The translations under genes were made by a program, and so were the position numbers. A stretch of 64,000 nucleotides of DNA, from positions 96,001 through 160,000 of IMG/VR virus record IMGVR_UViG_3300046777_002520. The stretch is one strand, 5' to 3'. Below are positions 18,654-28,409 of the stretch, piece by piece (position 1 is the stretch's first letter; every line of letters begins with the position of its first letter). Source of the stretch: a virus. The notes under the pieces are model-generated. The model did not search any database and was not told the origin of the DNA. It was given only the letters and a program-made list of their open reading frames with translations.

Positions 18654-19759
18654 ACCTATTTGAGCAACTGGGCAAGGCTGCAGCTAGTAATCTGATCAAG
18701 CAGGCTGGTTTGATGGAAAGCCTGCCTGAGCCTGCGCAGCGCGCCTTGGTTCAGGGCGGTATCGGTGCCCTGCTCGGCGGCGCGCTGGGTGGAGTCAAAG
18801 GGCTTATTGCTCCAGATGAGGAAGTGGACTCCGACGGCCAGCCGACGGGCAAGCGCAAAGGCAGACTGGCTTCAGCCCTGCGCAACGGCCTGATCGGCGC
18901 TGGCGTTGGTGGTGGCGTCGGCGCTATACGTGGCGGTGTGCGCGGCTATTTTGACTCCAAGCGCAAGCAGATGCTTCCTCCAAGTTTGGGCGGTTCCAAC
19001 CCGAATCCAATACCTGCTCCAAGACCCACCGACGCTCCCAAGCCGTCGGCTCCTAGCGGAAAGCCCAAGACAAAGCTGCAGGAGGCCAGGGAAAAAGGCG
19101 GTCCTGTGATAATCAACAGGCCCAAGTCTGACAACACAGATAACTTTGATGCCAAGCGCAGGGATGCAGAATTAGACGCAAGAATGGATAAGGATATAGC
19201 CGCTGCGACAAAAGGTATTCCTCGATTTACTAATGAAAGCTTAGACACGATTAAAAAACAACAAGCTAAGCACATTGAAAGCTTACAATACTTATTGGGT
19301 GAATCACAAAGGCCAGACGGAAATGCTTCAAGATCGCCTCAAGAGTACAAACAGTTGCTCGAAAAGGCAAAAGACGACTTTAAACAAATAGAAAACTGGC
19401 AAAATAGTCCTTCCACTAGTCTGATGCTCCATCAGCAGTTGCTGCTGGACAAAGCTATACGCAATGCAGGGCCTAATACGTTTGTAGGTCACAACTACGA
19501 CAAAAAAACAAAGCTACCAAAAGATTATTTGTTAGCTTACCCAAAAGACGGAAAGCCTCTTAACAATTTGCCAGCTTGGATGGACAGTAACTACGGCTTT
19601 TCACCAAAAACTAAAGAAATAGCTTTGGCACAAAACGAAGTAGGTAATCTTTTTGCTTATCCGCAAACGCAGGAAGCCCAAAACAAATTAGAATTGATAC
19701 TAGACAGACTTAGAGAACCATCAGAAAGAAAATTCGATTACTACACGGATTACAGATAG
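18650..19759 (+). CDS. Glycine-zipper protein with AT-rich variable C-terminal domain
   Basis: ATGA coupling to beta'-C; KAAA/KQAG leader; paired glycine zippers; Pro linker; AT-rich tail from about 19140. Confidence 0.8.
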   Translation: MNLFEQLGKAAASNLIKQAGLMESLPEPAQRALVQGGIGALLGGALGGVKGLIAPDEEVDSDGQPTGKRKGRLASALRNGLIGAGVGGGVGAIRGGVRGYFDSKRKQMLPPSLGGSNPNPIPAPRPTDAPKPSAPSGKPKTKLQEAREKGGPVIINRPKSDNTDNFDAKRRDAELDARMDKDIAAATKGIPRFTNESLDTIKKQQAKHIESLQYLLGESQRPDGNASRSPQEYKQLLEKAKDDFKQIENWQNSPSTSLMLHQQLLLDKAIRNAGPNTFVGHNYDKKTKLPKDYLLAYPKDGKPLNNLPAWMDSNYGFSPKTKEIALAQNEVGNLFAYPQTQEAQNKLELILDRLREPSERKFDYYTDYR

Positions 19760-19771
19760 AGGCTGCGTAGC

Positions 19772-22210
19772 ATGACAGACATCACCAAGCTGGCTGAGCA
19801 GGCTGCTGACCAAGTTATCAGCGAGACCTCTGCCAAGAAGAAAAAGAAGAAAACCTCTCCTGCGTGGTTGCTGGCTCCTGCTGGCCTGGGAGCCGCAGCT
19901 GGGCTTGGTGGTGCTTACGCTCTGGCGTCAGACTCGCACGCTGCCAACCTAAGCAAGGCCATAGAGAACAGCAAGACGCCTCTAGGCCCAGACGAGACTC
20001 CACTCACACGTTACACGCAGACCATGAGCCAGCTGGCCAACTCCACGCCAGGTGGTGTGCCTATTGGCGAGATTTTGGCCAAGGCCCGATCTTCCGCTGA
20101 CCTGATGAAGCGAGTCGGTATCGGTGAAGCCTACGCTGCCACCACTCCTGGAGCTTTTCAAGAAGCGCGTATGCACTACGACGCTTTCAGAAAAGGCCCT
20201 ATTGCAGCGTTGTATCACATGATGCAGCCAGAAGCCAGAGGCAATACGGCCATTCCTCAGGAACTGGTGCCAGACAGACTCAAGGGAAAAGTGAACAACT
20301 ACGGCGAAGCCATGAATCCCCATTTCAGGGACGCTTGGAAGAAATTCGTCGCCAAGAAGCTGCCAGGAGCTGCTGGTTGGATCTCCCCTCTGGAGATTGA
20401 CACCAAGGTCATTCCGTACAAGGACCAGCTTGAGTTCTTCAAGGAATATGAGAACAGCATTCCAGCCGATCTCAAGGCCCTGCGCAAGAACGTTGAAGGC
20501 GGTATGGGTGAAGGCCTGGCTGGCAACACCAGAAACTATATGCCCATAGCCGAGTCTGCCCTGAAAGCTAGACAGCTGATGAAGAACGTCGGCATCACCT
20601 CGGCAGGCGCTGGCGCAGGCGGTCTGTTGGGCCACTACCTGCACGGAGCGCTGGCTGATCAGGAGAACCCCAGCACTCTGGGCTATCTGGCCTCGACGCT
20701 GGGTGGCGCAGGTCTGGGTGGAGCAGCCAGTTATTTCGGCGGTACCGAGCAGGGCAGGCAGCAGGCCTCCAACCTGATCGGCAAGCTGATGTCGATGATG
20801 CAGAAGAAGTCCGCTGCTGGCGACAAGATCGAGTCGTCCTCGGTAACAGATCCAAAAGCCAAAGACTATCTTCCCAAGCCAGGCACACAGACCTATTACG
20901 CCAACGAGGATACAGGCTACAAGACTATGCCTACTCCAGGCAGTCCTGAAGACCTGAAGATGAAACAACAGGCTCTAGGACCCGTAGGCCCAGGCGCGCC
21001 AGCTCCCGCAGCGCCTCCTGCAGCTCCTGCGCCTCAGGCTACCCAACCTGCCCCAGCTCCAGCGCCTGCTCCTGCTCCCCAGCAGGGCAACTGGCTCAGC
21101 AACCTGCCGACATCCCAGGCCCTGGTGCCTCTGGGGGGTATGGCTCTGGGTGGTCTGGTAGGCAACATGATGGGCGGTGGTGACGAGGACGAGGAACCCA
21201 GCACACTCAGAAGGCTTCTTTACACTCTGGGCGGCGTTGGCTTGGGCGGCGCTGCTGGTTACTTTGGCGGTACTTCACAAGGGAGAGAAACGATGTCCAA
21301 CGCATACAACAGCCTTTTCGGCAAGAAGCAGGCAGCAGCCAACAAGCTCAACGGTCTGCTGAGCAAGAAGGCAGCCGAGAAATGCGACTGCTGCAAGAAG
21401 ACACCCTGCCAGTGTCCTCCTGACTGCTCCTGCGGCTGCAAGCAGAAGATGGCTGCTAGCAAGCCTGGGCTGTGGGCCAACATTCACGCCAAGAAGCAGC
21501 GTGGTGAAGCGCCTGCCAAGCCTGGCGACAAGGACTATCCCGACGCCAAGAACTGGAAGAAAGTGACGGAGGAGTCCGAGAAGAAGGCTCTGTTCGGCTT
21601 TGGGGCCAAGAAGCCCAAGGGCATGACCGTAGAAGAAGCTTCCAAGCTGGTCGATCCGATGCTGATGGCCAGAGCGGCTATGCTCAACGAGCTGTTCGAG
21701 GCGTCGCAGGACCCGACAGGCAAGGCTGTGCGCAAGAAGTTCAAGAACCCCCAGTTCAGGTCCATGTTCTTTGAGGGCATGACTCCTGAGATGTATGACG
21801 CCGTGTCAGTACCTGCCGAGAAGAAGGCCTCGCCTGCCTGGCAGACCTCCGAAGGCAAGAGCGAGTCTGGCGGTCTGAACGACAAGGGCCGAGCCAGCCT
21901 CAAGGCGCAGGGACACGACATCAAGCGTCCCCAGCCTGAGGGCGGTCCCCGTAAGGACAGCTTCTGCGCCCGTATGAAGGGCATGAAGTCCAAGCTGACC
22001 TCGGAAGAGACGGCCAGAGATCCCGACAGCCGCATCAACAAGGCACTGCGCAAGTGGAAGTGCGGCAGCGCCAACGAGAAGATGGCGGCTCTGGCCGAAC
22101 TTGCAGCCAACACGCTGGGCAAGGCCATCGAAGGACCCAGGAAGGAAAAAGGATCTGGCATCAAGATCCAAATCGGCTCGGCCGCTCCCATCGCCAACTT
22201 CTTCCGCTAA
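19772..22210 (+). CDS. Modular K-x-A-punctuated polyprotein, putative internal head cargo
   Basis: 812 aa; duplicated zipper module, Cys-rich peptide, and GLWANIHAK and AWQTSEGK...FCARM modules separated by KKxA sites. Confidence 0.85.
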   Translation: MTDITKLAEQAADQVISETSAKKKKKKTSPAWLLAPAGLGAAAGLGGAYALASDSHAANLSKAIENSKTPLGPDETPLTRYTQTMSQLANSTPGGVPIGEILAKARSSADLMKRVGIGEAYAATTPGAFQEARMHYDAFRKGPIAALYHMMQPEARGNTAIPQELVPDRLKGKVNNYGEAMNPHFRDAWKKFVAKKLPGAAGWISPLEIDTKVIPYKDQLEFFKEYENSIPADLKALRKNVEGGMGEGLAGNTRNYMPIAESALKARQLMKNVGITSAGAGAGGLLGHYLHGALADQENPSTLGYLASTLGGAGLGGAASYFGGTEQGRQQASNLIGKLMSMMQKKSAAGDKIESSSVTDPKAKDYLPKPGTQTYYANEDTGYKTMPTPGSPEDLKMKQQALGPVGPGAPAPAAPPAAPAPQATQPAPAPAPAPAPQQGNWLSNLPTSQALVPLGGMALGGLVGNMMGGGDEDEEPSTLRRLLYTLGGVGLGGAAGYFGGTSQGRETMSNAYNSLFGKKQAAANKLNGLLSKKAAEKCDCCKKTPCQCPPDCSCGCKQKMAASKPGLWANIHAKKQRGEAPAKPGDKDYPDAKNWKKVTEESEKKALFGFGAKKPKGMTVEEASKLVDPMLMARAAMLNELFEASQDPTGKAVRKKFKNPQFRSMFFEGMTPEMYDAVSVPAEKKASPAWQTSEGKSESGGLNDKGRASLKAQGHDIKRPQPEGGPRKDSFCARMKGMKSKLTSEETARDPDSRINKALRKWKCGSANEKMAALAELAANTLGKAIEGPRKEKGSGIKIQIGSAAPIANFFR

Positions 22211-22222
22211 GAAACTGTACAA

Positions 22223-22254
22223 AACCTCGGTACTTGTGAATAAGTACCGAGGTT
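22223..22254. promoter_or_regulatory. 13-bp perfect intergenic hairpin
   Basis: AACCTCGGTACTT-gtgaat-AAGTACCGAGGTT; no U-tract on the + strand. Confidence 0.55.
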
Positions 22255-22267
22255 ATGTAGGTGCAGC

Positions 22268-22633
22268 ATGAACGCCAGAATACAACTCATCAAAGCCGTG
22301 CTGGCCGCAGGCACTGAGAAGTCCGCTCAGAACCTGCAGCAAACCCTTGCCAAGGCAGCAGCCTGCTGGAAGGGCTACGAGCGCGTCCCTGGCACCAAGG
22401 CTATGACACCTGGCTCATGCAGGCCCGTCGGTGAGGGCAAGGACAAAAAGAAAAAAGAAAAGAAGGCGTTCATCAACAGCGCGCGTGAGGCTCTGGGCAA
22501 GTATGTGCAGGAGAAGACTGATCCTGCCAGCTACATCAATACCGACAACCTTGAAGCCATTCTCAAGCACTACTCCAAGGTCAAGCCCCAGCTGCTCAGG
22601 CTTTTGCAGGAAGAGCAGGAGCTAGAGCAGTGA
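22268..22633 (+). CDS. Small K-x-A protein with a CWKGY module
   Basis: EKSA, AKAAA-CWKGYERVPGTK...SCRP, EKKAF. Confidence 0.75.
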   Translation: MNARIQLIKAVLAAGTEKSAQNLQQTLAKAAACWKGYERVPGTKAMTPGSCRPVGEGKDKKKKEKKAFINSAREALGKYVQEKTDPASYINTDNLEAILKHYSKVKPQLLRLLQEEQELEQ

Positions 22634-22634
22634 T

Positions 22635-24113
22635 ATGAGCAAACCAGACCTCAACCTGGCTTTGCGCTATCTGGAGCATAAACAGGCTGCCATCAATCCC
22701 GATGTCACGCCTCAGGAACACCAACAGCGTGTGGCTGACAGGCTGTCTGGGGCCAACCCCAGGCTGCTTGTCTACCACGGTCTAGGCACGGGCAAGTCCC
22801 TTGCCTCCATTCTTGCGGCTGAGCAGGCTGGCGGCGATTATGGCATAGTCGCCCCAGCCGCTTTGCGCCAGAACTTCAACAAGGAAATCGAGAAGTTCAC
22901 GGAAGGCAGCAACCCTGAGGTGATGTCCTACACGGGTCTCGGCATGGGCAAGCAGTTTGCCAAGCAGCCAGAGACGCTGATCGTGGACGAGGCGCATAGG
23001 CTGCGCAATCCGTCTGGCAAGGCCAACAAGGCCATCGCGGACCAAGCTGCCAAAGCCAAGCGCCTGATGCTGCTGACAGGCTCACCCATCGTCAACTCGC
23101 CCACAGACCTGGCGGCTCCCATCAGCCTGCTCAACAACATCAACTTGTCTCCAGAGAAGTTTGAAGAGGACTTCATCGACTACAAGAAGGTCAACCCTGG
23201 CTTCTTCGCCAGTCTGCGTGGCGTGACGGCTGGAGAGAAGCCAGCCATCAAGAACGAGGCCAGGCTGCGCGAGCTGCTCAAGGGTAAGGTCGATTACCAG
23301 CCCAGCAAGACTCCAGAGGGCGTCTCCGTCAACGAGGAGATCGTCGATGCGCCCATGTCTGCGGACCAGGAGCGCATTCAGAACGCCATTCGCAAAAAGA
23401 TCCCTCTCAAGTTCCTGTGGAAGCTCGACAAGGAGTTCCCCCTGTCCAGAAACGAGATCACCAAGCTGAACGCTTTTCTGTCAGGCCTCAGGCAGGTGTC
23501 TCTGTCCACGCAGCCGTTTCGGGCTGACAAGGACCCCCTCAAGTCGTTCGAGCAGTCTGGTAAGCTGACCACGGCCATGAACAAGCTCAAGGACTTGCTG
23601 GCGTCTGATCCGCGTAAGAAAGCAATCATCTACTCCAACTTCGTGCAGTCAGGTCTGGACCCTTACGCTGCAGCCCTGGCCAAGGAAAAGATACCGTACG
23701 GCTACTTCCATGGCGGTATCAGCGAAGCGGATAGGAAGAAAGCTGTAGACGAGTATAATGCAGGTAAGCTCAAGGCTCTATTGATTGGACCAGCTGGTGC
23801 AGAGGGTTTAAGCACCAAGGGAACAAGTCTTATACAGCTTTTGGACCCTTACTGGAATGAGACTAGGTCTAACCAGGCACAAGGCAGGGGTTTACGCTTT
23901 GATTCCCATATAGGTTTACCTGAAGAACTTAAAGACGTTAAAGTACAGAAGTTTATCAGCAAGGGTCAGCAGCCTTCCACATTGATGCGATGGCTCGGTG
24001 CCAAACCAGTCAGGACAGGCGATGAGATGCTGCAGTCTATGGCTGCATCCAAGGAAGAGCTGAACGAGCGCTTCAAGAAGCTGCTGCAGGAAGAGGGGTC
24101 CAAGCGTGAATAA
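22635..24113 (+). CDS. SF2 (SNF2 / D6-D11-like) helicase-ATPase
   Basis: Motif I YHGLGTGKS, II DEAH, III LTGSP, IV IIYSNF, V GAEGLS, VI QAQGRGLRFDSH. Confidence 0.9.
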   Translation: MSKPDLNLALRYLEHKQAAINPDVTPQEHQQRVADRLSGANPRLLVYHGLGTGKSLASILAAEQAGGDYGIVAPAALRQNFNKEIEKFTEGSNPEVMSYTGLGMGKQFAKQPETLIVDEAHRLRNPSGKANKAIADQAAKAKRLMLLTGSPIVNSPTDLAAPISLLNNINLSPEKFEEDFIDYKKVNPGFFASLRGVTAGEKPAIKNEARLRELLKGKVDYQPSKTPEGVSVNEEIVDAPMSADQERIQNAIRKKIPLKFLWKLDKEFPLSRNEITKLNAFLSGLRQVSLSTQPFRADKDPLKSFEQSGKLTTAMNKLKDLLASDPRKKAIIYSNFVQSGLDPYAAALAKEKIPYGYFHGGISEADRKKAVDEYNAGKLKALLIGPAGAEGLSTKGTSLIQLLDPYWNETRSNQAQGRGLRFDSHIGLPEELKDVKVQKFISKGQQPSTLMRWLGAKPVRTGDEMLQSMAASKEELNERFKKLLQEEGSKRE

Positions 24114-24768
24114 CATAGAGAAAATAGCCAAGCTGGCAGCGAACAGGGCTTACCCTTTGCTGAAACGTGCCAACTTTGGTGAGAGCGTATTCGAGTGGGG
24201 CAAGGCCCAGACGGCTCCTGGCCAGCTGCAGAAGCAGCTGGAAAGCTTCAATCTGCCCAAGAACCAGATGTTCATGTCGATGATGGCCCAGAATGCTATG
24301 CCTCTGTTTGAGGCTGCAGGCAACGTCGGAGGGCTGCCAGCCATCGCTGGGCTTTTGGACATGTTCAGGGGTGGCGGTAACATCGGCATGTTGCTGCGAG
24401 GCAAGGACAACTCCAGCCCGTTGGCGCTGCTGCGTTCCTCAACAGCTGCCGATCCCGAGGCTGTCTTTGATCCCCAGCAGCTGCAGAAAGCCATGCAGCC
24501 CAACGTCAACCTGACGCCTCCAGCCGCTCCTGGCGTGGTAACGCCTCCCCCTCCTCCTGCTGCCCCAGTCCAGCAGCAGCCTGCCCCAGCGCCTGCACCT
24601 ACTCCTCCACCTGTGCCTGCTCCAGTCCCTGCCCCAGCGCCACCAGCACTAAAGCCTGCTACTAACCAAAGCAAGCCATTACAGCCGTATACCAATATTC
24701 AACAGGTACCTCCAAAGATCACTGCGTCTAAGCCCATTGATTCGATGCAGCAAGTGAAGCCATTCTGA
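24106..24768 (+). CDS. Pro-rich protein with K-x-A leader
   Basis: GTG start overlapping the helicase end; EKIAKLAA/KRAN; PAPAP tract. Confidence 0.7.
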   Translation: MNNIEKIAKLAANRAYPLLKRANFGESVFEWGKAQTAPGQLQKQLESFNLPKNQMFMSMMAQNAMPLFEAAGNVGGLPAIAGLLDMFRGGGNIGMLLRGKDNSSPLALLRSSTAADPEAVFDPQQLQKAMQPNVNLTPPAAPGVVTPPPPPAAPVQQQPAPAPAPTPPPVPAPVPAPAPPALKPATNQSKPLQPYTNIQQVPPKITASKPIDSMQQVKPF

Positions 24769-24843
24769 TCTGTCGAATATGGACAGGGCTTAGCGTTACT
24801 GATAGAGTTTTAAATAGAGCTCATACAAACATAGGTGTTTAAC

Positions 24844-25482
24844 ATGGCAGAAAAACGTGCTTTCCTTGAGACGTTTAACTCACTGTCACCCCAGATGAAA
24901 GGCGCGCTTATCGGCGGCTTGGTGGGCGCAGGCGGCGCTGCTCTGTTTGGCAAGCGCAAGAACATGCTTCAGAACATGTTGATGTTCGGAGGCTTGGGCG
25001 CTGCAGGCGGTTACGGCTTGGGGCATCTCTATAGAAGTATGCAGCCCAACATTCCTGGACTGGGTGGCGTGGCGAAAGGCGTCAACGCTGCTGCAGGCAC
25101 AGCCAGCAAGGTGTTGCCAGCTGCTGCCACAGCCGTGCCAGCAGCCATGATGGGCAACATGACTCCAGCCATGAACACAGCCAAGGGCGTGATGAGTGGC
25201 GCTGCCGACCTGGGCAGAAACATCACCTCAGGCGTTTCTTCGATGATTCCAGCAGCCAGCGACGCCTCCAAGTGGATGGGCAGAGCCATCAGCGCTGGCA
25301 AGATTCAAAACGCTTACAACACAGCAACTAACGCTATCAGCAACCAGCAAGCCAAGGGGCCAGCAGGTAGAGCTGCAGCCGCTGTCAAGAACGCGCCTCC
25401 AATGCACACTCCTGTCCAATCCTGGGCAAACGAGGCCTACCGTCCGACAAACTCGCACGCAGCTCCAGGGTATCTCGACTAA
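24844..25482 (+). CDS. Glycine-zipper protein
   Basis: MAEKRAF...LSPQMKGALIGGLVGAGG; N-terminus paralogous to the ORF at 61755. Confidence 0.75.
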   Translation: MAEKRAFLETFNSLSPQMKGALIGGLVGAGGAALFGKRKNMLQNMLMFGGLGAAGGYGLGHLYRSMQPNIPGLGGVAKGVNAAAGTASKVLPAAATAVPAAMMGNMTPAMNTAKGVMSGAADLGRNITSGVSSMIPAASDASKWMGRAISAGKIQNAYNTATNAISNQQAKGPAGRAAAAVKNAPPMHTPVQSWANEAYRPTNSHAAPGYLD

Positions 25483-25499
25483 CCAGAGAGGTCCGACTC

Positions 25500-27956
25500 A
25501 TGCTTTCCAAGAACACACGTCAGCAGCTTGAAGAATGCCGCAAACTGATGCGCGACCACTCTCCGCTTGAGAAGCTGGCTGCTCTGGGTGGCGACGGCAA
25601 CGACAGCCAGTTCGAGCAGTCGTTCTCGAACCTCGCCCACGCTTTCATCAAGGACAAGGCCCCCTCGCTGCTCGACTACGAGGTCGGCTTTCAGCTGATG
25701 GACCGCAATGACGACAACACCAAGGCTGTCGGCATCTTCGGTTTCAAGGTCGGCGGTCAGTGGCTCTATGCTCCCGTGTTCTTCCTGAACGGCGACATGA
25801 AGGGCACCGAGCTGCTGTACCTCAAGGACCAGGACCAGTTCGTGCCCCTGAAGGAGAACTGGCTGAACTACATTCTGCAGCGCAAGCCCAACGTCATGGG
25901 CTCGGAGACGGGCCGCAACCTGCAGCAGCTGGGCGTGCTGTCTCCCGACCTGCAGGCTTTCTCCCGTCCTCCTGCCAAGTTCGCCTCGGCAGGCGGCATG
26001 GAAGCTGGCGAGTCCGCTTTCGCTTACTTCGCCACCAGCAACCCCCTGTCCGACGACAAGTACAAGGATGTGCGCACGCTGCCTGAGTTCCTGAAGGAAG
26101 CGGGCCTGAGCACCGTCAAGTCGCTGATTCAGGGCATGGAGGCTTACCCTGCCGTCGCTGAGGCCGTCGAGAAGATCTACGGCAAGGAGACGATCAAGCA
26201 GGCCATCGCCGCAGCTGCTGCCAACGAGAAGGAAGCTGGCAAGAAGGTGCGCTGGATCAAGCAGAAGGAATACGGCCGTCAGGAGGACGAGGACGATTCT
26301 CCCCAGAAGCCCAAGGGCGTGCTGGAAGCCTACAACGGCAGCGTCGAAAACAAGATCATGCGCGAGAAGGCCTCGGCCATCGCCATTCTTACCGTTAAGA
26401 CCGTCGTCCAGCGCGGCATCGGCTTCGAGCCCACCGACAAGGAACTGGAAGACATCGCCACCGAGGGTGTGTCGATTCGCGACGAGCGCCCCGACGCCTC
26501 GGTTGCCTACGAGGTCCAGACGCCCCTGAACCTCACAAACCCTCCAGAGACCGGGGTTTACGACATACTGTGCAAGCCCAGCGCCTTCTGCAAGGGCCTG
26601 GTCATCGTCGGTCCCCAAGGCCCCAAGGGCACGGTCGGCTTCTCCACTGTCATCGACCTCGACGACAAGAAGTGGACCAATTTGCACCAGGCCCACGTCT
26701 GGACTCGCGAGCGTGGCGTGCAGGAAGACGAGCTGCGCAAGCTGCACGACGAGCTGCCCGAGCTGACGCCTGCCTCTTTGAAAGAAGACGGGCTGTATGT
26801 CATCGTGGGCGGCAACCGTGAGGGCACGCTGCCCTTCAGGGTCAAGGAAGTCTGCGACAAGGACGACGCCTGCTCCAGCTTCAAGGTGGACTTCATGGAC
26901 TACGCTGGCGCTCCGCGTCCAGCGAACCTGCCCAAGCTAAACAGTAAGGAAACTTATTGGGGCTACGGCTCTGATGCCCATCCTTACGGCTGCGGCTGCT
27001 CGGCTATTCTGCACCTGACCAACAAGACAGGCGGCAGAATGCGCAACATGCACAACGAGCTGTATGTGCCCCAGGGTTACAAGGTTATCAAGATCGACGA
27101 GAAGGCCGACGAGTACGGCCACATGGACAGGGGCGAGAAGCCTGCCATTCAGTACGGCAACCTGCTGGATGTCCAGAAGGCTGTTTACGAGAAGACGGCT
27201 GGGCTGGAAGTGCGCCACACCGGTTCCGTGGTCAACATCAACGGCAGGGACTTCGACAAGGTCGCCGCCGTCGTGCATCTGGTCCAGGACTGGATGCTGC
27301 GCGAGGGTCAGGCCAAGGCGATAGTAAAAGCCGCCTCCGACAAGAAGGCGGTCAGATACCGTGTCGCCTTCCCAGAAGGCTACGAGTCGATCATCAAGGT
27401 CGCCGCCCCTGGCGACATGATGGACCCGAGAATGGTAGCGACCACAGGCGCTCCTCCGTTCCCGTCGCCTCCCAGCGGTCTGGAGCAGACGATGCTGGGC
27501 AGCGTCCAGTCGATCTATCCGCAGCAGGAAGCCCTGCCCGTCATGCCCTCCTCGGTCAACCTGGTCGGCAACGAGCAGGTTTACGACCCCAGACTGCCCG
27601 ATCCCAAGACCATGGCGCTCGGCTATCAAGCCGCCCAGTCCGGTCAGAAGGAAGTGTTTGACACCAGCATGGTCGGCTCGCTGCTCAAGAACGTGCGCAG
27701 CGACTCCATGGTGGACAAGTACCTGGGCGATCTGATGAAGGGCATGGACCGCATCGGACGCATTCTCTTCTCGTTCTACTGGCACGGCGAGGAGATGCAG
27801 GACCGCTACGGCAAGAAGGACATGCCCGAACTGGAAGAGTCGCTGCGCAACGCCTTCGAGGCTGTCGGTGACGTGGTGCTGTTCCTGAAGCAGAAGACCG
27901 TGGAGCCGTTCCCCGAGGAAGGCTTCAACTCAGACCTGTCCGACACCGCTGGCTGA
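25500..27956 (+). CDS. Large head-module protein of unknown function (818 aa)
   Basis: Strong GC3 bias; multiple K-x-A sites (KLAA, KFAS, KASA, KTAG, KAAS, KVAA). Confidence 0.85.
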   Translation: MLSKNTRQQLEECRKLMRDHSPLEKLAALGGDGNDSQFEQSFSNLAHAFIKDKAPSLLDYEVGFQLMDRNDDNTKAVGIFGFKVGGQWLYAPVFFLNGDMKGTELLYLKDQDQFVPLKENWLNYILQRKPNVMGSETGRNLQQLGVLSPDLQAFSRPPAKFASAGGMEAGESAFAYFATSNPLSDDKYKDVRTLPEFLKEAGLSTVKSLIQGMEAYPAVAEAVEKIYGKETIKQAIAAAAANEKEAGKKVRWIKQKEYGRQEDEDDSPQKPKGVLEAYNGSVENKIMREKASAIAILTVKTVVQRGIGFEPTDKELEDIATEGVSIRDERPDASVAYEVQTPLNLTNPPETGVYDILCKPSAFCKGLVIVGPQGPKGTVGFSTVIDLDDKKWTNLHQAHVWTRERGVQEDELRKLHDELPELTPASLKEDGLYVIVGGNREGTLPFRVKEVCDKDDACSSFKVDFMDYAGAPRPANLPKLNSKETYWGYGSDAHPYGCGCSAILHLTNKTGGRMRNMHNELYVPQGYKVIKIDEKADEYGHMDRGEKPAIQYGNLLDVQKAVYEKTAGLEVRHTGSVVNINGRDFDKVAAVVHLVQDWMLREGQAKAIVKAASDKKAVRYRVAFPEGYESIIKVAAPGDMMDPRMVATTGAPPFPSPPSGLEQTMLGSVQSIYPQQEALPVMPSSVNLVGNEQVYDPRLPDPKTMALGYQAAQSGQKEVFDTSMVGSLLKNVRSDSMVDKYLGDLMKGMDRIGRILFSFYWHGEEMQDRYGKKDMPELEESLRNAFEAVGDVVLFLKQKTVEPFPEEGFNSDLSDTAG

Positions 27957-27968
27957 TAGGAGTTTACG

Positions 27969-28409
27969 ATGCGTATCTACGAAAGACGTCTTTGCAGCCT
28001 GTCTGCTCCGCTGGGTCAAACCACCTGCTGGCAGATCGGCTTTCCACCCGAAGCGTCCATCAAGCGTGTGATTGTCAAGCAGACGGGCGGCACCGCTGCC
28101 AACTTCAAGATCATCGTTTTCAACGCGCTGCACGCCTGCCAGCCAGGAACCAGCTCGGACGGTGATCCTGACGGACCTTCGGGACCGCTGAAATGCGTTT
28201 CCGACCCCGACCTGTACGTGGTGTTCCCAGAGACGAGCGGCACGTCGGGCGAGCTGCTGCAGATCTCTGACAGCGTCGGTCGCTCCTTCCGCAACCAGGA
28301 CGGCACATACACGCTGCCCGTGCGCAAGATTTATCTTCAGATCACACCAGAAGGCAGCGGCGACGCTACCTGGGACGTGCTCATTGGCGGGGATACGGAC
28401 GTCAGCTGA
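27969..28409 (+). CDS. Probable beta-sandwich structural protein
   Basis: GGAG SD; beta-rich composition; 146 aa. Confidence 0.7.
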   Translation: MRIYERRLCSLSAPLGQTTCWQIGFPPEASIKRVIVKQTGGTAANFKIIVFNALHACQPGTSSDGDPDGPSGPLKCVSDPDLYVVFPETSGTSGELLQISDSVGRSFRNQDGTYTLPVRKIYLQITPEGSGDATWDVLIGGDTDVS

